Assembly: GCA_019694295.1 (NCBI GenBank) | Contig: JAIBCG010000005.1 | Location: 5,080 to 69,079 of the forward strand | Direction of reading: 5' to 3' | DNA length: 64,000 bases | DNA from: Saprospiraceae bacterium | GTDB lineage: Bacteria; Bacteroidota; Bacteroidia; Chitinophagales; Saprospiraceae | Part shown: positions 7,629 to 15,978 of the stretch, piece after piece | Position numbering within the stretch: position 1 is the first letter of the stretch | Layout of the letters: every line of letters begins with the position of its first letter | The notes under the pieces: model-generated | Told to the model about the DNA's origin: nothing | Seen by the model: the letters and a program-made list of their open reading frames with translations, nothing else | The model's database searches: none | Program-made: the position numbers and the translations under genes

Positions 7629-9911
7629 ATGAAGTTCTTAAAATACACAATGGCAGTGATTTTTGCATTAACTGTCAATCACTTGTTTGCACAGACAAAT
7701 GGTGGAGTACGTGGTACCATTCTCGATAAAGCAACGGGTAATCCGGTTGCATACGCCGTGGTTCAGTTGGTCGGTACGCAATATGGGGCAACCTCCAACG
7801 AGACCGGATTTTACTCAATTAACAATGTGCCGGTCGGTGAATATGTGATGTTAGTCAAGCTCTTTGGGTATGACAGCCTGTCAATGGATGTATCAATCAA
7901 ACGCGGTGGGTATGTCAATAAACAGATACTCCTTTCTGAAAGTGGTATCAACCTAAAAGAGTTTGAAATCAGTGCCGAACGTGAAGCAGCAAAGACCGAA
8001 GTGCTTGTATCGAAAGTAACGGTTACACCAAAACAAATACGCGCATTACCTTCTACCGGTGGTGAAGCTGATATAGCACAGTATCTTCCGGTACTGCCCG
8101 GGGTTATCTCTACCGGCGACCAAGGTGGGCAGCTGTACATACGTGGTGGTGCCCCTATACAAAACAAAGTACTCATCGACGGTCTTACCATTTACAATCC
8201 ATTCCATTCCATAGGTTTCTTTTCGGTATTCGAAACAGAAGCCATCCGTTCGGTAGATGTTTATACTGGAGGATTTGGTGCGCAGTACGGAGGCAGAATT
8301 TCAGCTATTGTTGATATCAAGACCAAGGACGGCAACAAAAAACGACTTAGCGGTTTAATATCTGGTAGCCCATTCCAAAGTAAGGTGTTGCTCGAAGGGC
8401 CGATTTCGGTACTGAAAGAATCGGGAGGAGGTAGTACTTCATTTATTCTGACGGGAAAAACTTCTTACATTGACCAAACATCGAAACAACTGTATAAACG
8501 TGTGAACAATGGTAATGGTTTGCCTTTTTCTTATACCGATTTGTATGGCAAAGTATCATTCAATGCTGCCAACGGAAGTAAGGTCAACCTTTTTGGATTC
8601 AATTTTCTTGACAAGGTCAAATATCAAGGAATCGCAGATCTCGGCTGGAAGGCAACCGGTGGTGGTGCGAGTCTTAGCCTCATACCCGGCTCTGCTTCAA
8701 TGCTCATAGGAGCTAACTTGGGTTATTCTGATTATGCAATTGACCTGAAAGAAGCAGACGGTGCCCCAAGACAAAGTAAAATAAATGGCTTTAATCTTGG
8801 TCTTGACTTTACTAGCTTCGGCGCACATGACGAATTCAGGTACGGATTTGATATCAATAATTTTAATACAGATTTTGCTTTTACTAATTTTAAAAAGCTG
8901 AATATCAAACAAGAACAGTTTACGACTGAGCTGTCCGGTTTCTTTTCGTATAAATACAAATGGCCCAAACTCGTAATTGAGCCAGGTCTGCGAGTGCAGT
9001 ATTATGCTTCATTGAGCGAATCAAGTCTCGAACCACGTCTTGGGCTGAAATGGAACGCCACCGATAAGCTTCGATTCAAACTTGCAGGTGGGATGTTTAG
9101 TCAGAATCTGCTTAGCACAGTGTCTGAGCAGGATATTGTCAATCTTTTCGTTGGTTTCCTTTCCGGGCCGGAAGAACAATTACTTACCAAGGACGAAAAA
9201 TCTCCAGCAGATAGTAAGCTTCAAAAGGCTGTACACCTAATAACGGGTGTCGAATATGATGTAAATAAAAATCTGACCATCAACCTGGAGCCTTACGTTA
9301 AGAAATTTACCCAACTCATAAACCTGAACAGGAATAAAACCAAATTCTCTGACCCGAACTACGAATCTGAAACAGGTGATGCTTATGGTATTGACCTTTC
9401 TGCCAAGTACGATAGGCGCAATTTTTATGCATGGGTCACGTACTCACTCGGGTTCGTAAACAGAGATGACGGCACACAGATTTACCCTACCAATTTTGAC
9501 AGAAGACACAATGTCAATCTCGTAGCAACATACAATTTTGGTAAAGATAAGACATGGGAATTCGGCGCACGTTGGAATTTTGGTACCGGTTTTCCGTTTA
9601 CCCGCACTCAAGGATTTTATGAATTTTTCCAATTCCAGGATGGAGTTTCTACTGACGTTAACTCAGGTAATGGCGACCTTGGTATCATTTACAGTTCAAA
9701 AAGGAATGATGGCCGCCTGCCTACCTATCACAGACTCGATCTTTCTTTGAAGAAAACCATCATATTTTCAAAATCATCCAAGCTTGAAATCAACGCTACC
9801 GCTACAAATGCCTATGATAGAGCGAACATTTTCTACTTCGACCGCGTTAGATATTCAAGAGTGGATCAGTTACCGATACTTCCTAGTATTGGTCTGATTT
9901 TTCATTTTTGA
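7629..9911 (+). CDS. TonB-dependent receptor with N-terminal carboxypeptidase-regulatory-like domain
   Basis: Signal peptide MKFLKYTMAVIFALTVNHLFAQ begins at ATG 7629. It is followed by GVRGTILDKATGNPVAYAVV (CarbopepD_reg-like), a plug region (GGxxDIAQYLPVLPGV...LYIRGG) and a C-terminal beta-barrel ending ...GLIFHF. Confidence 0.85.
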   Translation: MKFLKYTMAVIFALTVNHLFAQTNGGVRGTILDKATGNPVAYAVVQLVGTQYGATSNETGFYSINNVPVGEYVMLVKLFGYDSLSMDVSIKRGGYVNKQILLSESGINLKEFEISAEREAAKTEVLVSKVTVTPKQIRALPSTGGEADIAQYLPVLPGVISTGDQGGQLYIRGGAPIQNKVLIDGLTIYNPFHSIGFFSVFETEAIRSVDVYTGGFGAQYGGRISAIVDIKTKDGNKKRLSGLISGSPFQSKVLLEGPISVLKESGGGSTSFILTGKTSYIDQTSKQLYKRVNNGNGLPFSYTDLYGKVSFNAANGSKVNLFGFNFLDKVKYQGIADLGWKATGGGASLSLIPGSASMLIGANLGYSDYAIDLKEADGAPRQSKINGFNLGLDFTSFGAHDEFRYGFDINNFNTDFAFTNFKKLNIKQEQFTTELSGFFSYKYKWPKLVIEPGLRVQYYASLSESSLEPRLGLKWNATDKLRFKLAGGMFSQNLLSTVSEQDIVNLFVGFLSGPEEQLLTKDEKSPADSKLQKAVHLITGVEYDVNKNLTINLEPYVKKFTQLINLNRNKTKFSDPNYESETGDAYGIDLSAKYDRRNFYAWVTYSLGFVNRDDGTQIYPTNFDRRHNVNLVATYNFGKDKTWEFGARWNFGTGFPFTRTQGFYEFFQFQDGVSTDVNSGNGDLGIIYSSKRNDGRLPTYHRLDLSLKKTIIFSKSSKLEINATATNAYDRANIFYFDRVRYSRVDQLPILPSIGLIFHF

Positions 9912-9947
9912 TGACCGGATTTTATCAACATCATAAAACTGCCTCCT

Positions 9948-11702
9948 ATGAAACATCTGCTTACACTCATCCTGATTGTGACTGGAATTCTCGTTTCAGC
10001 ACAAAATATCCTTCCGGCAGGTTTTGCCAAAGGCGAGAAAGAACTGATGCCTCTTTATCTCGAAAATCTTGAAGCAAATGGGATAACTACTCCGCCTACT
10101 ACTATACCTCGTTCGCCTGCTGAATGGGAAGAAATGCAGGCTGTAGTCATTTCATGGAAATCTTACAATTCCATCCTGGCTGAAATAGTGCGTCATGCAC
10201 GTGAAGAGTGTAAAGTGGTGATAATGTGTAGCGATGTGAACAGTGTAAAAAATTATCTTGACCTTGTTAAGGTTGACTATTCGAGCAATGTAGATTTTGT
10301 GGTAGCACAAGCCAATTCTGTCTGGATACGCGACTATGGAGCTAACCCTATTTATCTGAATCGTGTGGATAGCCTCGCATTTGTTGACTGGATTTATAAC
10401 CGACCTCGTCCGCTCGATAATAAGATGCCGGATGTGGAAGGTACTTACTTTAATCTGCCCGTGTATGCTACTACCAGCCAACCTTTTGATCTGGTACATA
10501 CAGGAGGCAATTTTATGTCAGATGGTATGGGCACCGGTTTTTCGTCCAATCTCGTACTAGATGAAAATGGCCCAAACAACAATTACGGATTCAGCAACCA
10601 TTCAGAACAGGAAGTGGACAGCATTATGTATAAGTATATGGGAATTGACAAATATATAAAAATGACCAATCTGCCATTTGATGCTATTCACCACATAGAT
10701 ATGCACATGAAACTCCTCGACGAGCAGACCTTGATCGTAGGCAAATACCCTGACAATATAGCTGATGGCCCACAAATAGAAGCAAACCTCCAATACGTAC
10801 TCAATAATTTCAAAACACGTATCGGTACACCATTCAGAGTTATCCGTGTTCCGATGCCGGCTGACAAAAACTATCTCTATCCGGACCAGGGTGGGGACTA
10901 CCGCACATTTGCCAATGCTTTAATCATCAATAAGTCGGTACTATTGCCGATATATGAAATGAAATATGATACGACTGCCATAAAAATTTGGGAATCAGCT
11001 ATGCCTGGCTATAAAATACGCGGAATCAACTGCGATGGAATGATCAGCGCCAGTGGTGCCATACATTGTATTACAAAGGAAGTCGGGGTAGCACAACCAC
11101 TGCTACTTCAGCATTTCTCTCTTGATGATGTGCAAGGAGCATATCCTGCCGGTTATCCCATAGCAGCACATGCCGAACACAAGACTGGTATCAATAATGT
11201 TTACCTCAATTACAGGATTAAAGATAAGGACACCACTTGGACCCGCATACCAATGACAGCCTTTAATGCAGAACTCACAGACTACGAGTCAGCCATTCCT
11301 GAACAAGCTAATGGTACTGTGATAGAATATTACATTGAGGCTACAGCCAATAATGGTAAAATTCAGTACAAGCCTATGACTGCACCTCTAGGTTTTTATA
11401 CATTTAAGGTAAACAATACATCTGGTTCTAAAGACTTAACAAGACAGAATCTTCTTGGTGAAATATTTCCTAATCCGGCTAAGAGTATTACGTGCATACC
11501 TGTGTCTTGTGCAGAAGCACAACAACTTGATATCAGCATCATTGATGTATTTGGCAAACCGGTGAAACAAATATTCAATGGCAAACAGATACAGGGCGAA
11601 TCCAAATATTTCTTTGATGCTTCGCAATTGGTGTCCGGTAATTATTTTGTTAAAATAATCGGTGAACACGGTAGCGAAGTGAAACTGGTCTTAGTTCAGT
11701 GA
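9948..11702 (+). CDS. Porphyromonas-type arginine/agmatine deiminase family enzyme with signal peptide, Ig-like spacer and T9SS C-terminal domain
   Basis: Signal peptide MKHLLTLILIVTGILVSAQ. Agmatine deiminase/PAD_porph motifs WIRDYGANP, HTGGNFMSDG, HIDMHMKLLDE and GAIHCITKE (candidate catalytic Cys at codon 374, 11067-11069). C-terminal IFPNPAKSITCIPV...NYFVKIIGEHGSEVKLVLVQ is a T9SS CTD. Confidence 0.8.
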   Translation: MKHLLTLILIVTGILVSAQNILPAGFAKGEKELMPLYLENLEANGITTPPTTIPRSPAEWEEMQAVVISWKSYNSILAEIVRHAREECKVVIMCSDVNSVKNYLDLVKVDYSSNVDFVVAQANSVWIRDYGANPIYLNRVDSLAFVDWIYNRPRPLDNKMPDVEGTYFNLPVYATTSQPFDLVHTGGNFMSDGMGTGFSSNLVLDENGPNNNYGFSNHSEQEVDSIMYKYMGIDKYIKMTNLPFDAIHHIDMHMKLLDEQTLIVGKYPDNIADGPQIEANLQYVLNNFKTRIGTPFRVIRVPMPADKNYLYPDQGGDYRTFANALIINKSVLLPIYEMKYDTTAIKIWESAMPGYKIRGINCDGMISASGAIHCITKEVGVAQPLLLQHFSLDDVQGAYPAGYPIAAHAEHKTGINNVYLNYRIKDKDTTWTRIPMTAFNAELTDYESAIPEQANGTVIEYYIEATANNGKIQYKPMTAPLGFYTFKVNNTSGSKDLTRQNLLGEIFPNPAKSITCIPVSCAEAQQLDISIIDVFGKPVKQIFNGKQIQGESKYFFDASQLVSGNYFVKIIGEHGSEVKLVLVQ

Positions 11703-11755
11703 ATTTTGTGATGTAGCAGAATATTAATATTCGAGAAATTTAGCTCAAAAACTGC

Positions 11756-14700
11756 CTATCTTACCAGATTGATATCCCCTTTGATGAGTTCCGGCCTACC
11801 ATCATCGAATTCGACAATTGCCCAAAAAACGAATACTGCCGGTTTCATAAATTCGCCACGATGTTTGCCATCCCAGCCACGTGTTGAATCACCCGGTTGA
11901 ATGTTTTCACCGTAAAACACTTGTTCGCCCCAACGATCGTAAATATGTAATTCTTTGATGTTAGCCAAATGTTGATCGCCATATATGATCCATTTGTCAT
12001 TGATGCCATTCACTTCCGGCGAAAATGCATTCGGTGCATAAATCTTTATATCAGGTAGCAAAATGATATGGATGGAATCTACAGCAACACACCCTGACTG
12101 ACTGGTGGCAGTAGCAAATAAAGTTGTTGACTGGCTTGGTTTAAAATCAACTTTGGTGCAAATGATGCAGTTATTGAGCGTGTCAAGTGACCACACAATG
12201 CTAGCAGGTACGGACGATGTGCTCAGGTCAAGGAATGCCCTCTTTCCTGATGTGACGGTTATGTCAGGGCCAAGGTCGATGGTGAATGTGTCTCCTGCTT
12301 TTATTTTATTTCCTGTCAATTCTAACTCACAGCCAACGGCATCTTTAATATAAACTGTGTATTCACCGGGCGTAAGTGATGTGAAGATTGAGTCATTCAC
12401 CCAATTAACCTTATCCAGACTATATTGTACGGGCGTTATAGCATTTACAAGACCTTCAATAGTCAAAGCACCATCCCCAAAACCCAAACAGCTTTCATTC
12501 ACTGTCAAAACGGAGGCGCTAAATCCTTTAAAAATTGTCTCTGTAATAATGAGCGAATCGCAACCTTGTTTACTTAAATACTTTAATGTGTCAATGCCGG
12601 CCATCGCCGAATTACAGGTTGTTGCTGTGAAATACTGGATGTAACTCTGGGTGAGATTCCGGGTAATAATTACAACACTATCGCATTGCTGGGTCGGATA
12701 AATATTGACGAAAGTCCCCGTTTGTGTAGGGTCACAGGTCAGCTCAGTTATGTAAGTAGTATCCGATGGAATATAGGTAATCGTTCTGTAAATAATACTG
12801 TCGCAGCCAAACTGATTCTTGAGATTTTCGGTAAAATTACCCTCTTTTGACTTATCGCAAGTGGTACCTGTTATGTAAACAGTATCACTCGGGTTTAAGT
12901 TGACAGTTAGTACATGTACACTGTCGCAGCCCCAGATATTTTTGAATGTTGTAGTGAACACACCTGCCTGTTTTTTGTCACAAGAAGTGGCTGAAGAAAA
13001 AGTGGCATCGGGTGGATGCAGAATGTGTTCTGTGATGACGAGGCTGTCACATTGGGCTGTAACATATATAACTGTATCTTTGAAAACAGGTCCGGTTCCA
13101 CAGGAATGTTTTGTCAGATATGTATAAATAGCCTCGCTGAGTATAGTAGTAATAGTGACGATACTGTCACATCCGAATTGGTTTTTTAGCGTTAGAACTT
13201 CTGTTCCGGCTTTGGACGGATCACATGTACTGTTGTTGATGCTAATTACGTTTACCGGTAATGATTTATACTGAAGAATGACGGTGCTGTCACAAAATTG
13301 TCCGGCAAAATGCAGGGTGTCATTATATTCATTCTGGAGCCCACAAATGTTGAAGATACTATATGTAGTATCCGGTTTGTTGTAAATAATACTCGTTATT
13401 ATCAGGCTATCGCAACCATTCTGATTACTTAGGAATAATGTATCATTTACAGCTTCAGAAAGTTTGCAGGTCATACCTGTAATGTAGCTTGTATCAGATT
13501 TTGCAAAAACACTTTCAGTAATAACAAGTGAGTCGCATGAGCCGTTTGAAAACACAACTGTATCTCGCTTTCCTGACATTGACTTATCACAAGTAGTTTT
13601 GAATAACAAGGTAGTCTTGCTGTTTTCATTTATTTCAAATGTAGCTGATTTGGTTATTTCATTACCGCACAAATCCTTCGCAGTAAACGAAATGTCAAAC
13701 TTAGTTTTGTTAAAATCGCCATCAAAATCATTTGACCAAATTACTTGTCCGCATTTATCAGTAGCTGTGGCAAATCCGTTATTAGCCAGCCAGTTTTGGA
13801 ACTGATTGAGGGCATCTGGTTCACAACTGAGTATCGTGTTTTGTGGATTCTTCGTGAAATATGGCGGGTCAGTATCTGTCACAATAAATTTTGCGATAGC
13901 TTGTGTCTCATTATCACAAAGATCTTTGATGGTGAATGTGACAAAGATTTCTTCACAGGCTTCATCCGGTTCTTTGTTAAAGGTCTTACTCCAGTTTATA
14001 GCCGTACAATTATCGGAGGCATCAGCACCGCCATTGTTGCCCAGCCAGTTGTAAAATTCGTTATACAAGTCATCATCACAGTTTACAGTTTTGTCCTGAG
14101 GTAGGGTAGTGAACTGGGGCGCTTCCTTGTCTTCTACATTTACTATCTGTTGAAGTGTAGCGGAATTGTCGCATGCGTCGGAGACAGTCCAGGTACGGGT
14201 AATGGTAAGCTTACATGGTGTGCCTTGCTGCGATTCTGAATAATTAAGTGTTGGTTGGGCATCGCAGTTGTCAGTGGCCGTCAGTATTGGTGCCGGAGGT
14301 ATTTCAGAAGGGCATTCTACTTCAATGAGTGCATCCGGAATATCTGAAAAAACCGGAACTTCGTCATCATTCGAGCATTCGTACATGGTGAGATCATCTA
14401 TCAACATACCACAGCATGGCACCGGGCTGGTTCCTTCAAATTCAAGTGTTGCTGTACTTGCCTGTGCCACAAAACTGAAGCATTTCTCTAGCCAAACATT
14501 GCTTCCTGTATTGGTAGAAGACCAGGATTCATTCAGCCATGTGCCACCTGCTACTTTTATAGTGGCATTCGCTACACTAGTAGCATTATGTTTGGCATAC
14601 CAAAGTACAATTGTGTATTTGTATCCGGGAGTCATACCTGTAAGATTAGTGGATACGGTACCGTTGGTTGAACCATTCAAGTCCATGTGCTGACTAGCAC

Positions 14701-14980
14701 CGTTTGGGTTGCCTGCACCCAGATTATTGTGGTACGGTCCATGAATACTTATGGTGCCGGCCGTTACTGTCCAGCCACAATATTCTTGACCAGCCGAATA
14801 ATCAATCCACCCGGTCTGGTCAGCAAATGGTGGTTCCTGAAAATTACCACACGGAATACCAACTTCGTTAATATTGCCACAACAGCATTTTACACAATTT
14901 GGTACCTGAGCCCGAATACCTGAAAGACATAAAGTAAACAAAAGTATTGTCTGTATCGTGAATCTAAATATAGCAGCCAT
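11756..14980 (-). CDS. large modular surface protein: DUF642-like N-terminal domain, HYR-like modules, about nine 40-aa CDS-motif repeats, T9SS type B (gliding-motility-associated) C-terminal domain
   Basis: Signal peptide. DUF642-like HMDLNGSTNGTVSTNLTGMTPGYKYTIVLWY. Modules with TATDNCD...ITRTWTVSDACDN. The C-terminus IYAPNAFSPEVNGINDKWIIYG...IYDRWGEQVF...GWDGKHRGE...VFVFW matches the type B sorting domain. Confidence 0.8.
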   Translation of the reverse strand: MAAIFRFTIQTILLFTLCLSGIRAQVPNCVKCCCGNINEVGIPCGNFQEPPFADQTGWIDYSAGQEYCGWTVTAGTISIHGPYHNNLGAGNPNGASQHMDLNGSTNGTVSTNLTGMTPGYKYTIVLWYAKHNATSVANATIKVAGGTWLNESWSSTNTGSNVWLEKCFSFVAQASTATLEFEGTSPVPCCGMLIDDLTMYECSNDDEVPVFSDIPDALIEVECPSEIPPAPILTATDNCDAQPTLNYSESQQGTPCKLTITRTWTVSDACDNSATLQQIVNVEDKEAPQFTTLPQDKTVNCDDDLYNEFYNWLGNNGGADASDNCTAINWSKTFNKEPDEACEEIFVTFTIKDLCDNETQAIAKFIVTDTDPPYFTKNPQNTILSCEPDALNQFQNWLANNGFATATDKCGQVIWSNDFDGDFNKTKFDISFTAKDLCGNEITKSATFEINENSKTTLLFKTTCDKSMSGKRDTVVFSNGSCDSLVITESVFAKSDTSYITGMTCKLSEAVNDTLFLSNQNGCDSLIITSIIYNKPDTTYSIFNICGLQNEYNDTLHFAGQFCDSTVILQYKSLPVNVISINNSTCDPSKAGTEVLTLKNQFGCDSIVTITTILSEAIYTYLTKHSCGTGPVFKDTVIYVTAQCDSLVITEHILHPPDATFSSATSCDKKQAGVFTTTFKNIWGCDSVHVLTVNLNPSDTVYITGTTCDKSKEGNFTENLKNQFGCDSIIYRTITYIPSDTTYITELTCDPTQTGTFVNIYPTQQCDSVVIITRNLTQSYIQYFTATTCNSAMAGIDTLKYLSKQGCDSLIITETIFKGFSASVLTVNESCLGFGDGALTIEGLVNAITPVQYSLDKVNWVNDSIFTSLTPGEYTVYIKDAVGCELELTGNKIKAGDTFTIDLGPDITVTSGKRAFLDLSTSSVPASIVWSLDTLNNCIICTKVDFKPSQSTTLFATATSQSGCVAVDSIHIILLPDIKIYAPNAFSPEVNGINDKWIIYGDQHLANIKELHIYDRWGEQVFYGENIQPGDSTRGWDGKHRGEFMKPAVFVFWAIVEFDDGRPELIKGDINLVR
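12530..13609 (-). repeat. in-frame array of about nine ~40-41-aa repeats centred on a (G)CDS(L/I/V)(V/I) motif
   Basis: CDS motifs at residues 482, 523, 563, 604, 644, 685, 726, 766 and 807 of the 1074-aa protein. Each is followed by a T(C)D/T(C)K-type Cys about 25 residues later. Confidence 0.75.
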
Positions 14981-15154
14981 AGCAATTGTAGCAATAATCT
15001 TGATTAAAAATTTTCAGACCAATAAATCTTAAAGTAAAATTTTGTTAGGAACAAAGATGCAATATTACAAAATTCTTATTAGCAAAAAATGAAAATAAGC
15101 ACTTGGACTCGGACAAGCTGAATTTTTTGTTCAGGCAGGGCAAGAAAATACATT

Positions 15155-15184
15155 TAACAAAAAACCCGACTCAAGTAGCCGGGT
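15155..15184 (-). terminator. putative intrinsic terminator downstream of ssrA
   Basis: On the minus strand: ACCCG-gctacttgagt-CGGGT followed by TTTTTTGTT. The stem is short (5 bp). Confidence 0.45.
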
Positions 15185-15193
15185 ATTGATTTG

Positions 15194-15565
15194 TGGAGCT
15201 GGAGGGATTCGAACCCTCGTCCAGAGAAAGTACCAAAGAGCTTTCTACATGCTTAGCTTATGATTTAATTGTCGGGACCATACCAAGGCTCAGAAGCAGG
15301 CCTTCAGTAGGTCCTTAGGTCATTAATTTCAGGAAACAATCTGACCATGTTATTTCCCAATCCTGAAGGGTCTGATGTGCAGCGCGTTGTGTATCAGGCA
15401 TCAAACGAGGGCACAAAGGCACTTTAATTCCTAGAATTAAGCAGCCAAAGCGAAGTTATTTTCGCCAATTAAAAATTGTCGATAATCATTTGTTGACGGA
15501 GTGAACTACCATGCTCCGGCATGCTTACTAATCAGTCCGCTTACCTGTCGATTCCGGTCAGCCCC
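15194..15565 (-). ncRNA. ssrA: tmRNA (SsrA), tag peptide GENNFALAA
   Basis: On the minus strand the 5' end is GGGGCTGACCGGAATCGACAGG. The 3' tRNA-like end is GAGGGTTCGAATCCCTCCAGCTCCA. The internal tag ORF GGC GAA AAT AAC TTC GCT TTG GCT GCT TAA lies at 15466-15437. Confidence 0.93.
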
Positions 15566-15874
15566 TATTAGTATAACTTCTTTCTAACAAACTTGCTAAT
15601 ATATTAGTTCCAATTTTGATCATATTTTGTTTATTGATATGTAAAATATTTTGCATTAAAGAATGATCTAAATAGGTTAACCTTTGTGATCTGTTCAAAA
15701 ATACCTACTCGTCAACTTCATTTATTCCGTTGTACATTTTTTAAATTTAAGTAATTCAATACCTTTTATTATTTTTAATAACAAAATTTTTAGTATGTTT
15801 TGATGAAAAAAAATTTGGTATTCAGAATAAAATATTGTGAAAGTAAACTCTAATGAAAATTTAATCAAAATTAA

Positions 15875-15904
15875 TTGTTTAACTGAATTTTGTGTGTATA
15901 TTTG
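15875..15904 (+). promoter_or_regulatory. candidate Bacteroidota sigma-A promoter for the 15979 gene
   Basis: TTG at 15875-15877 and TAtaTTTG at 15897-15904, with 19-nt spacing. This matches the TTG / TAnnTTTG consensus described for Bacteroidetes. It lies 75 nt upstream of the ATG. Confidence 0.4.
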
Positions 15905-15978
15905 TATGATTTATAAATTAAATGTTTGCTGTTATTTGTAATAATATTTATTTTTTCACCAACTATTAAATTTAAACC

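Noticed and set aside
11756-15565. Genomic island integrated at the 3' end of ssrA
   Set aside because: No integrase and no duplicated ssrA 3' segment are present. The adjacent gene is an ordinary T9SS cargo with its own start 200 nt away.
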